From the NCBI RefSeq assembly GCF_009914755.1, contig NC_060928.1: a DNA stretch of 64,000 nucleotides; one strand, 5' to 3'. The stretch's first letter is position 1. Every line of letters begins with the position of its first letter. Both the position numbers and the translations under genes were made by a program. A model generated the notes under the pieces. That model had not been told where the DNA came from, searched no databases, and was given only the letters and a program-made list of their open reading frames with translations. This DNA is from the human T2T-CHM13v2.0 reference genome, Homo sapiens. Below are positions 26,329 to 38,214 of the stretch, one piece after another.

Positions 26329-27061
26329 GTATAGGTTAGAAGGTGAGATATTTAAGAAGGGAATTCATGGCCTGAGTTGTTGGCCACACATTTGGATATC
26401 CTACACTGTCCTATAAGGGAATCAGTCATGTTGTATTAGGACCCACCCTAATGCCCCTATCTTAACATAATTACTTCTTTAAAGACTTTATCTCCAAATA
26501 CAGCCACATTCTGAGGTACTAGGGGTTAGGGCCTTAATACATGAATTTTAGGAGGACAAAATTCAGCCCCTAACATTAAATTTTTCTCAATCAAAATAAT
26601 TTTTAGTTTTTGCTATTTGATTGAATCAGATTTATTTTAAAGCATTTTAGTTGAACTTCAAATACTGTCATGGGACATGTGATGCTGAGAAAGGAAAGGG
26701 ACTCTAATAGTCTATATTTCCAGTGATGGATGTCATCTCTTGCTTACTTATTTTGAAGAATTTGCAGGAATGTTTCAATTGGATTCTCATTTCATAGCAA
26801 TAGGTAGGTGAAAATCATCCAGTAAGTAGTAAACCATGTGTAGTATTTCTTGCTAGGTAATTCAGAAATGGATGAGGAGGAAAGTGTGTGGTGATAAATG
26901 AAGTGTGACTGAACACAGGTCTCTTAGCAACAGCATTATTTAAGAGGGAATCAATCAAAGCTTTGGCACTCTCTTCAGTCTTCTGACTAATCTCCGGATT
27001 ATGAATCTGAGTCTTCAGGCCATGAATTCCCTTCTTAAATATCTCACCTTCTAACCTATAC
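26329..27061. repeat. Perfect 47-bp inverted repeat (26329-26375 / 27015-27061)
   Basis: gtataggttagaaggtgagatatttaagaagggaattcatggcctga and its exact reverse complement. Confidence 0.97.
26408..26575 (-). mobile_element. Truncated MLT1B/C-like LTR
   Basis: ctataaggggaatcagtcatgttgtattaggacccaccctaatg...tatctccaaatacagccacattctgaggtactaggggttagg...aattcagcccctaaca. Confidence 0.8.
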
Positions 27062-27214
27062 ATTTATTCCATCTACGTCTATTTCTCTGCATTTTCTTAA
27101 AATCTCAATCTTTAATATTTTCTTACTTGCCTTGCTTTACTATCCCCTTTTCCAAATTCTAAGACTCTTTCTCTTCCCTAACTCCCCTTATCTATTTTTA
27201 TATATGATTTATAC

Positions 27215-27400
27215 AATATTGACTTTGCTGCATTAAAAATCTGCCCAAAATTCAGTGACTTAAACCAAAATCATTCATTTAGGTCATGAATCTGTGGGTG
27301 GAGGTGAATTTAGGCTGGGTTCAGCCGAGCAGTTCTTCTGGTCTCAGATGGGTTCATTCACACACATCTGGTCGATGGGCTGGGGAAACTACATCCTCGT
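27215..27400 (-). mobile_element. Old MLT1 (F/G/H-like) LTR fragment
   Basis: cccaaaattcagtgacttaaacc...ggctgggttcagccgagcagttcttctgg. Confidence 0.55.
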
Positions 27401-27439
27401 CCCTTTTGCCTCAGCTCATTACCATCTGGCCTAGGTTCC

Positions 27440-28560
27440 ACCCTCCACCAATTCCACAGAAACAGATCCTACAAGAATGCAATGACCTGTTTAATTGCTA
27501 AAAACAATGGAGTGTTTTCAGATCTAATTTTATTTGACTGTACATGAGCATTTGAAAATAATGATGGCCATTCTCTTCTTGACTTACTTTTTCCTTCTTG
27601 ACTTCCAAGAGTTCTTTTCTTCTCTAATTTTATCTTTTTAGTTTCTCCTCACTTATTCTATTTTTTCTCATCTCTTAAATTCTACTACTTGCCAGGGTAC
27701 CATGCTCAGAATTTGTCTCAATCTATCCTGTCTCCCCAAGCAGTTGTATTTATTCCCATGGTGCCAATTGCCTGCTGTATTTCAGAAGCAGAGAGTTGAG
27801 AGTACAAAGTATAATGGAGGTTCTGTCATGAGGACTGATGGAAACACTATGCCTAAGATAGTTTACAGAACCATATTTTAAAAAGAAGTCAAGGTGGAGA
27901 AGCTGAGGGAGGAAGTACAAAGGGGTCACTCTGAGAAAGAAGACAAAATGCAGATCCTGAACATATGAGAATAGTGCATAAGATGAGAGAGGTCAGGATG
28001 AGAAGAGAGAGAATAGGCAAGCAGAAAAATGGGAGGGAATGGAGACTCTAGCATGTGTGTGAATGACAGGGACAGGCATTGTTGCATACAGCAGGCATTT
28101 ACAGAGTTGTTCTCTAGTGCAAGAAGGGCCAGTTTTATTTAAAAGGCCAGATATTTATTTGTCCAGAACAGAGGTATCAAGCATTAACTATAGTCCAGTC
28201 TCTGTTCTAGACACTTGGCATATGGCAGTAAAAAAAGAGAAAAACAAACTCTGTGTTATTATATAGCTTACATTGGGTAGGAGGGTGAGGACAGAAAATA
28301 AACAACATGATGAAAAAGTGAAAATATATTAAAAGATAATTACTATGAAAAAATATTAAGTAAGAAAAAAGTAGTAGAGGGAATCAAGATTACAAGAGTG
28401 TGTTAAAATTTAAAGGATGATTAGGATTGGCTTATTAAGAAGGCAATATTTTAACAGAGTGAGAAGGCAATATTTTAACAGAGTGATATAAACCACAGGA
28501 CAGAGGGAAGAGCGAGTACAAATGTGTTAGGCCTAAGACCTTAAGAGTTTAGAAGATAAA
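27440..28560. mobile_element. L2 fragments (+ about 27440-27780; - about 28150-28560)
   Basis: caatgacctgtttaattgctaaaaacaatgg...gcatttga; tctgttctagacacttggcatatggcagtaaa...agcttacattgggtag. Confidence 0.5.
28438..28486. repeat. Perfect 24-bp tandem duplication
   Basis: agaaggcaatattttaacagagtg x2. Confidence 0.95.
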
Positions 28561-29380
28561 ACTGCAGACAGTATCACAGGAGCCAGAGCTCCCACGCATA
28601 GCACACGAAACCATCTGAAACCCCCACATACTCCAAGAAGATACAAAGTAAGCTGACAGTGGGCGGGTGTACCAGGAGAGAGCTTGAGGCTGGAAACAAG
28701 AGACCACAGCAGTGCACACAAATCAGCCTGAGGCCTGGGCAAGACTAGGGATGCAAATGCAGACAGGACAGACTCTGACTACCGGCGCAGGTGAAGGCAA
28801 AGGCCAGCACCCAGACCAGACCCTCCTTCACAGGGCCAGGATGACATGTAAGCCCTTTAGTAACTCATATTACCTTGAGGCAGTAAAGGGGAGGTGGGCT
28901 GAATTTAATTATTCACCCCAGGAGACTAAATTTTAAATGAAAAGGAAACAGTTGTCTCTAATTGGAAACATTTTGTTGGTTTGCATTTTTATTCCTGAAC
29001 AAAAATTATAGCTCATAATCCAACTTAAATTTATTTTTAGACACATGAAAAATATACTTGGCATGTGAATAGTGTATAGATAAAGAGAGAGGAAACAAAG
29101 GGCTAATTGAAAAAAAGTCATTTCAACTTTAAATGATTGAAGGCTACACATCAGCTTGTTAAAAATATAATATTCCTTCATCCATCTGCTATTTATTGAA
29201 TATTTATTGGGTACCTCCAATATATAAACACTCTTAGATTCTAAGTGAATTATGAAACTTTGGAAGACCCTGTCTTCAAGGGGCCTATAATGTATAGTAT
29301 AAAAAATTTTGTTATTGGCAACCTATTAAATGGTCTTCGAAAATTTGAAGAGGGGCAGAGACAGATTTGAAGGTGAAAGT

Positions 29381-29960
29381 TATTATTATTATTATTATTA
29401 AACAGCTTTAGGCTTACAGAAAAATTGAGTAAAAGTTACAATTCCCATAACCCCCCTCATCCAACTCCCAGCGTCTCCATTAGTAACATCTTGCATTAGC
29501 GCAGTACAGTTTTCACAACTGATCAGCCAATATTAATATGTTATGATGAATTAAAGCCAAAGTTTACATTGGGCTGTGTATTGGGTTTGGACAAATTTAT
29601 AATGACTGATTATCCACTATTACTGTATCATAGAGAGTAGTATCGCTGCCCTAAAAATCCTCTGTTCCCTGACTATTTACACTTCCTTTCCCCTAATGCC
29701 TGGCAACCGCTGATCTCTTTACTGTCTTCATAGTTTTGCCTTTTTCAAAATGTCATATAGTTGGAAGCACACAGTATGTAGCCTTTCTTTTCAGATTGGC
29801 TTTTTTCACTGAGCAATATGCCTTTAGGATTCCTTCATGGCTTTTTGTGACCTGATATCTCACTTCTTCTTATTGCTGAATAATATTCTAATATATGTAT
29901 GTACCACAGCTTATCCATCCACCTGTTGAAAGACATATTGATTGATTTGACAATTATTTT
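29381..29960 (-). mobile_element. L1MC-type 3' end
   Basis: tttaggcttacagaaaaattgag...ctgccctaaaaatcctctgt...tttcagattggcttttttcactgagcaatatg. Confidence 0.75.
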
Positions 29961-30067
29961 TTAACTTAGACTTTCTTCTGCTCTATAGCTGAATCTTACT
30001 GTTTTCTCATTTAAATTTGGTCATCCCATGTTCTAATTGGAAAATCACTGATATAATATTATATTAA

Positions 30068-30480
30068 AATTCATTTGATTGCAAGTGACAGAAACCCAAA
30101 TTGAACTAATTTAAGCAAATTGCTTAATTTACTCCAAGGGTGCAGTGATGATACATGGAGTCTGAAAGCAGGAACAAGTCTGAGCCTTGGGAATAAGTGA
30201 AATTTACTCAGGACATCTCATCTTTATTGTGAAAGTAGATTGCATATGTGTAGCTATTAATCATTTATCTACATATACAGTGTAATATATACATACAGAA
30301 ATGTACATAACAGATTCTTTTCAGTTTTTTTTTTAACAATCCACTGCTTTAGGCAATGGGGGAAAAAAGCTGGTGCAATTTTCTCTTTTGGTACCAAATC
30401 TAGATTCCTTTGAAGACCCCCGGAGACCCAGTCCTGGTGCCCTCCTCTGGGCCAATCAACCATGCCATTGAAATAGCATC
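30068..30480 (-). mobile_element. Old MLT1K/L-like LTR remnants
   Basis: tttgattgcaagtgacagaaacccaaattgaact; ctgggccaatcaac. Confidence 0.45.
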
Positions 30481-30561
30481 AAGAGAAGATCACAGCTTGC
30501 ACCTGTGACCACGCAGGAGTGTTGGACGGGGTTGGGTGAATGGTACATGGTATGTGGTCAG

Positions 30562-30605
30562 AAGAAAATAATGCATCAAAACAAGAAAATAATGCATCAA
30601 AACAA
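30562..30605. repeat. Perfect 21-bp tandem duplication
   Basis: aagaaaataatgcatcaaaac x2. Confidence 0.95.
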
Positions 30606-32234
30606 CTATGAAGTTTTGGAAAGCAGAATTCATATTTTAAACATAAATTGACTAGAACTATACAAAATAACAATATGGGAGAAGAACAAAGATACAAATA
30701 GCAAAGCATTTTCATGATTGCTTTATTTTTTGCTTTTCTAGATTTTACAAAATTTTGTCGCTATTTTCATCATGAAAGAATATATTAAAATTAGATTCTT
30801 TCTTAGGCATTAGAATAGTTTCTATTGCAGAAAGTAACTTTACTCAATGCATTTTTGAGATCAATAATTCAGAGCACCATGCTTGCTCTTTTTTTTAGCT
30901 TGCTACTGAAAACAGAAGGGTAATTAAGACAATCTATTTTCTTTGAACAAATTTAACTCCCTCCAGTATACACATCTGCTTTGATTTTCTTGCACTTAGT
31001 TTATGAACTTGTGATTACAGTCATTTTGGAATGAAGGAAGCACAATAATGATAACCTGCTCACATGGCATCACAATTCATGAATAGCATTTGCTGGCTGA
31101 TTGATTTAGCAGGTATGGGTAGAAGTATCAATGACAAAGAACACAAATATGTTGTGGTTTTGTGTTTCAATACAGAAAGGCAGAAATGTAATTAGACAGG
31201 AAGCAATGATGTAGGAGTAACTAGTCATTTGCCATTATTCATCTATCAATTCAACCAGCATTTACAGAGTGTTCACTATGAACAGTTGTCACTGTCTGTT
31301 GAGTCTTTTACTAGTTTGAACTCCCTGAGGAATTGTCCCTGTCATGTGTCATTTCTATCTTTGTATACTCAATATATAATACTGTACTGGCTTCAGAGTA
31401 AGGACATAATGAACAAGCATCGAGTTGAACCGAATTGGGTTGTCTGGTTCTGGCAAATAGGGGGTAATTAAAAAGTTCATGGGTTCAGTGACCTCTGCCT
31501 AATAGGGCAGGAATTATTGGCAGCAAGTAAGCAACATATGACAGCAATGAGTTGCTACTACATGCTAAGTACTTTTATTTATAGCAATTTTAACCTCAAC
31601 AACCCTGTGTGTGTGGAAGGGGGGCGGAGGGATTACTATATAGAGAAACTAAGACTGAGAACCTTTTTTTATTATTTTAGATTCAGGGGGTACATGTGCA
31701 GGTGTTTTTTACATGTTTATATTGTATAATACTGGGCTTTGAGCTTCTGTTGAACTCATCGCTTAAGTAGTGAATGTACATTCAATAAGTAGTTTTTCAA
31801 CTCTTGCCCCTCTCTCATTTTGGAATCCTAGTGTCTATTGTTTCCATTGTTTATGCCAATATGTACTCATTGTTTATCTCCCACTTATAAGGGAGAACAT
31901 GCAGTGTTTGATTTTCTGTTTCTACGTTAATTCACTTAGGATAATGGCCTCCAGCTGCCTCCCTATTGCTACAAAGAACATGATTTTATCCTTTTTTATG
32001 GCTGTGTAGTATCCCATGATGTATATGTACCACATTTTCTTTTTCCAATCTAGTGTTGATGGACACTCAGGTTGATTCCATGACTTGGTATTGTGAATAG
32101 TGATTGAATAAACATATGAATACAGGTATCTTTTTGATAGAATGATTTCTTTTCCTTTGGGTAGATAGAAGTAGGATTGCTGGGTCAAATGGTAGTTCTA
32201 TTTTTAGTTCTTTGATAAATCTTCATGCTGTTTT

Positions 32235-32526
32235 TTGTTTTTTGAGACAGGGTCTCACTTTGTCACCCAGGCTGGAATGCAGTGGTGTGATCTCAACTCA
32301 CTGCAACCTCTGCTTCCAGAGTTCAAGTGATTCTCTTGCCTCAGTCTCCTGAGTAGCTGGGACTACAAGCACACACCACCACGCCTGGCTAATTTTTATA
32401 TTTTTTGGTAGAGATGGGGTTTCACCATGTTAGCCAGGCAGTTCTTGAACTCCTGACCTCAAATGGTCCACCCGCCTCAGCCTCCCAAAGTGCTGGGATT
32501 ACAGGCGTGAGCCACCGTGCCTGGCC
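32235..32526 (-). mobile_element. AluS inside L1
   Basis: Full Alu; TSD ttcatgctgtttt / ttcatactgtttt. Confidence 0.92.
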
Positions 32527-32742
32527 TTCATACTGTTTTTCCACAAGGATTGAACCAATTTACATTCCCACCAACAGTGTATTAGCATTCCCTTTTCTCT
32601 GCATCCTCACTAACATCTATTATTTTTTGACTTTTTAAATTATAGGTTTTCTGACTGGTGTGAGATGAGATGGTATCTCATTTTGGTTTTGATTTGCATT
32701 TATCTGATGACTAGTGATGTTATTCATGTTCTTTGCCCACTT

Positions 32743-33051
<309 letters not shown>

Positions 33052-33060
33052 TGCACAGTT

Positions 33061-33353
33061 TTTTTTTTTTTTTTCAACTTTCATTTTAGGTTCAGGAGTA
33101 CAAGTACAGATTTGTTAGATAGGTAAATTTCATGTCGCAGGGGTCTGGAGTATAGTTTATTTCATCACCCAGGTAATAAGCCAGTACCTGACAGGTAGTT
33201 TTTCAGTCCTCACACTCCTCCCACCCTCTACCCTCAAGTGGGCCCCAGTGTCTGTTTCCTTTGTTGTGTCCATGTATACTCAATGTTTAGCTCCCACTTA
33301 AAAGTGAGAACATGAGGTATTTGGTTTTCTGTTTCTGCATTAGTTCACTTAGG
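33061..33353 (-). mobile_element. Second, 5'-truncated L1PA (13-15-like) 3' end nested in the older L1
   Basis: caactttcattttaggttcagg...ggtaaatttcatgtcgcaggggtctgg...gtgagaacatgaggtatttggttttctg. Confidence 0.8.
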
Positions 33354-34369
33354 TTGATTCTGCCCACATTTTAACGGGGTTATTTGTGTTTTTCTTGTTA
33401 AGTTTCTTATAAATTCTAGATATTAGTCCTTTGTCAGATGCATAGTTTGCAAATATTTTCCACTCTTCTCTAGGTTGTCTCTTTACTCTGTTGATTCTTT
33501 TGCTATGCAGAAGCTCTTTAATTAAATCCCATTTGTCAATTTTTATTTTTGGCATTTGCCTTTGAGGTTTTAGTCATAAATTATTTGCCTACACTGATGT
33601 CCAGAAGAGTTTTTCCTAGGTTTTCTTGTAGGATTTTTATGGTATGAGGTCTTACATTTAAGTCTTTAATGCATCTTGAGTTTAGTTTTGTATGTGCTTA
33701 GAGATAGGGGTCTAGTTTCATTCTTCTGCATATGGATAGGGAGTTTTCCCAGCACCATTTATTGAATAGGGTGCCCTTTCCGCATTGTTGATTTTTGTCA
33801 ACTTTGTTGAAGATCGGTTGGTTGTAGGTGTGTGGCTTTATTTCTGAGCAAGACTAAGACCATTTTAAATAACTTGTACAGTGGTGCTAGCTAATAAATG
33901 TCAAAACTTGGATTCAAAACCACGTTCTTTAAGAATTTGTGTTTAAATTCATTACTGGCTTATATGGCGAGCTTGGTTGGCTTGTTTATGTTTTCGATAT
34001 AAAGCAGCTCCCATACCTTTGTATACTATCAGAAAAATAATGCCATTGATTTTCAGTAATGCATTTGAATTGTTTTTCTAGTTGGGATCATGAGACTCAT
34101 TAAAATGTTCATGCTATCTCATTTGTGACCAATAGCAGACATTTCAATGTCAGGGCCAAGCGTTCCTTAAATAGCAACTTCTTTCTCTGTGTGACACTAA
34201 ATAGCTCTATGGGGGTGGGGCCAATGACCTTGGCATTGTTAATGCTATGCCTTAGTAAACGGAGGTTTAGTCCACTATAGTCTCATTATTTCCTACAGCA
34301 TCTCTTTAATTTGTATAACAATTAGCTTCTAGATTTTAGTAATCCTTCTTACTAGGAATTAGATTCTGA

Positions 34370-34719
<350 letters not shown>

Positions 34720-37130
34720 CATACTCTATAGGAGTATGTGCATAAGAGTACATGCACTCCTATCGAAGCATATTTAGTCAGCAAAGCAGTAACATTTATA
34801 GAAATGTGATTCTGCAGTTAAGAAGAAGGGCATTCTTAACACAAGAAGGGCTTCAGATCAGTTCATTCTACAGACAACAAGAACCTGAGGCATCTGTGAC
34901 AGATCATGCAGGATTTTTAACATCCTCTTTTGTCAAAATATCTCTTTATCACTCAATGATGTGATCACTAACAAGACCTGCTGTAGTGGATAATCATTCC
35001 TTTTGTTCCTGTAATCACCACTATTCATTGACACACTATTTAGCAATGACAGATTTTTCTTAACAGAAAAGCCTGAAGCTAAATTTATCCCCAATCTATT
35101 GCCCTAAGTGTGTTGAAAATCAAAAGCTGAAATAAGGTGGTATGAGTTAAGAGAAAAAATGGGTATCCTTATAATTCAGCATCTTGGAAAATAAATATCT
35201 TCAGACATCAACCAATATCCCTTAAAATGGCATTGACACAAAGCACCACTCAGTCTGCCAAATAAAAGCCACATTTCTTGAATCCAGTATATAATTCATG
35301 ATGTCAAGAGATTAAGTGTAATTTTCATTCTTGGAAAATTAAGATTACTTAGTATCTTAATTGTATCTGCTTTAGTAAAGATTTTGAATTGTTGGATCTT
35401 TAACCTGACAGAGGCATTGCAATCCTAGTGTAATTACCAAATTGTATTGTGTAAATTCAAGTGCTGGGATGAGTCTGAAGAAAATTTTAATCTCCAGATT
35501 TTTATTAAAATTAGTATGTCCATGTTAATGTTTGAGAGAGTTTAAACATTTTCTAAAAGAGAATAGAAAAATTATTACAAGTTGAAGAATTTTTCTGAAC
35601 CGAAATGAATGGACATGAAGTTAAGGAAACAGCATCGTCCAAATAGCTGGAAATAAACTGTGGAAGTTTAATAAAGGGATATGACAACTCAATAAATATC
35701 CAATTTCCTTTACACTTATGTTTATATTCTTCTAGTCTTTAAAGTGAAAAGTAAATATGTGAAGAGTTAGAAATGGCTAAATATATATTTTCCATATGTA
35801 AATACAACTGATTTTCATTTTAAAACAATCCTTTAATATATCCTCATATGATGAGTACATGTAAGAAGGAGTCCATGTTTTATCACTTTGGGGAATTTTC
35901 AACAAAGAGATACTACAATTTTGCCTCATCGCTGTCTTGTACTAATGCCTTCTCTGTGCCCTTGATCATCATCGTCCTTCTCCCACCTTCCACCATGACT
36001 GTCCTTCAGTCCCCTTTCTAAGCGTTCCTGGCATCAGGGTTGAAATATTCTGTAGGCCAGGTTGAAAATTTTCTCAGGACATCCACTTAACATTTTCATA
36101 GATGCAAGGTAGTGCCACCCTGAAGAGGGCTGAACATTAAGTAACTGCTCAAGAAATACTTGATTCCATTTACTGTTCCCTTACATAAGTATGGAAAGTC
36201 ACTCCACACACTCACCAACCCTGTCTCCCAAATAAAAGCTAGATACCAGTGGGCAAGTGCCCATGTACTTTCTTAGATAATCCTGCAAACTTCAGCAAGT
36301 CAACATACATCCTCTGAGTGGGAGGAAACAAAAATTTTTCATATGAAGCCTCAATTCATAAACATTTGTAATCTGAAGTATAAATATATTTATTGTTCAT
36401 TCCTTCATTCAACAACCACACATTGAGTGTTTCACGTACAATAACCAATGCTGGGATCATAACCATAAGTCGTGAATAAAACATGTTTTCTTTCCTTTAG
36501 GAGCCATCGGTCTAGGAAAATGTAAGACATTATCAAGGAAAGAAATCTCATGTGTCACAGCCATTCTGGGATTAAATGCACCAACTTATTTATAGCCTTA
36601 CTATTAGGATTCTTTTGGGCTGTAGTTCCTTTATATGTGCTGATCCATGGGTCTTTGATTAATAAATGCACTGAAGCAAAGGGAGCCAGAGAGAATAACT
36701 TAAAGAGGAATTTCTAGGGAATATGCATTGTTGATAGACCCTTCTTTATCTGAGTCATTCACTTATTCAATAAATATTTTTTGAACACATTATGTGACAG
36801 ACACTGTTGGATTGACATAATCATGAACTAGATGGACATGATTTCTGTCATGGGGAAGTCAAGCAAAATAATAAAAACAAAATTCCCAAACAAAAATCCA
36901 AAGAGTAAGCAAAATATCATACACAAACCCCCAAATTATGGGGAAGAAACCAAATAAGGGGCTTATGTAGTAGCTTGAAAGCAAAATGAGGGAAGGTATC
37001 TTTGTCTATTTTGTTCACTGGGTATATCTAAAGAAGCAAGAATGGCGTTTGATACATGGAAGCTACCCAATAAGGATTTATTGAATAAATCTGGCAAATA
37101 ACAGGAAGAGGCTGTATTAGTAAGAAGGTC

Positions 37131-37628
37131 TAGATCAGTTTCCTATTACTTCTGTAACCAATTGCCAGAAACTTAGAGGCTTAATTAAAACAACACAAAC
37201 TCATTATCTTAGAGTTCTATTGTCGGAATTATAAAATGGGTCTCACTGAGCTAGAATCAAGGTGCCAGCAGGGCTGCCTGCCTTCTCGAGGCCCTAGTGA
37301 AGAAGTAAACCACATTTACTTGCCTTTTCCTGCTTCCAAGCAACCACATTTCTTGACTACTGTCTTCAAGGATGTGGAGTCCTTATGCTGCCATCTCTCT
37401 GGTTCTCTCTTACATAGTGGTTTCTTCCTCTTCCTCTGTTAAGGACTCTTGTGATTGTATTGGGAACACCAGTGGAACACAGGATACTCTCCTTATTGAA
37501 AGTAAGCTGATGAGCAACCCGAATCTCTCTGCACTGTAATTCCCCTTTGCCACTTAACCAAGTACATTCTCAGGTTCTGGAGATGAGGATATAGATGCCT
37601 AGGGAAGGTTATTATTCTGCCCACCACA
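37131..37628 (-). mobile_element. MLT1D-like MaLR solo LTR
   Basis: agtttcctattacttctgtaac...aaaatgggtctcactgagctagaatcaaggtg...attattctgcccaccaca. Confidence 0.8.
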
Positions 37629-37871
37629 GTTCTCTCTCTGAATAGTGATGTTAAGAAGCTAAGATCTGGAAGGTGGAAGACGCCAGTCGTGTAAGGGGTG
37701 TGTGTGTGCACATGCATTGCCATGCATGAGTGTGCACATAAACTAGTAGTGAGGCAGTGGTCGGCACAATAGAGAGGGGAGACAGCCCTGTAATATAGGC
37801 CGTGGGAAGGAATCTAGATTCTATTATAGGTACACTTGGAAGCAACTGTTTGGGTTTTGTGTGTGTGTATG

Positions 37872-38214
37872 CTTTGTTGTTTTGTTTTGTTTTTTGTTTG
37901 TTTGTTTGTTTTTGAGACAGGGTCCCTGTCACCCAGGCTGAAGTGTAGTGGTGCAATCACAGGATCACAGCTCACTGCAACCTGGAACTCCTGGGCTGAA
38001 GCAATCCTCCGGCCTCAGCCTCCTGAGTGGCTGGGATTATAGGCGTGCACTACTACACCCTGCTAATTACTGCTTTTTTGTTTTTGTTTGTTTGGTAGAG
38101 ATGAGATTTCACCATGTTGTCCAGGCTGGTTTTGAACTCCTGGGCTCAAGTGATCCACCTGCCTGGGCCTCCCACAGAGCTGGGATTGCAGGCTTCAGCC
38201 ACCATGCCCGCTGG
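37872..38214 (-). mobile_element. AluJ with a (TTTG)n tail
   Basis: cagctcactgcaacctggaactcctgggctgaagcaatcctcc. Confidence 0.88.

Noticed and set aside
26039-26416. 125-aa ORF sharing a peptide with ORF 26815..27063
   Set aside because: The shared peptide is explained by the 47-bp inverted duplication; no protein homology recognised
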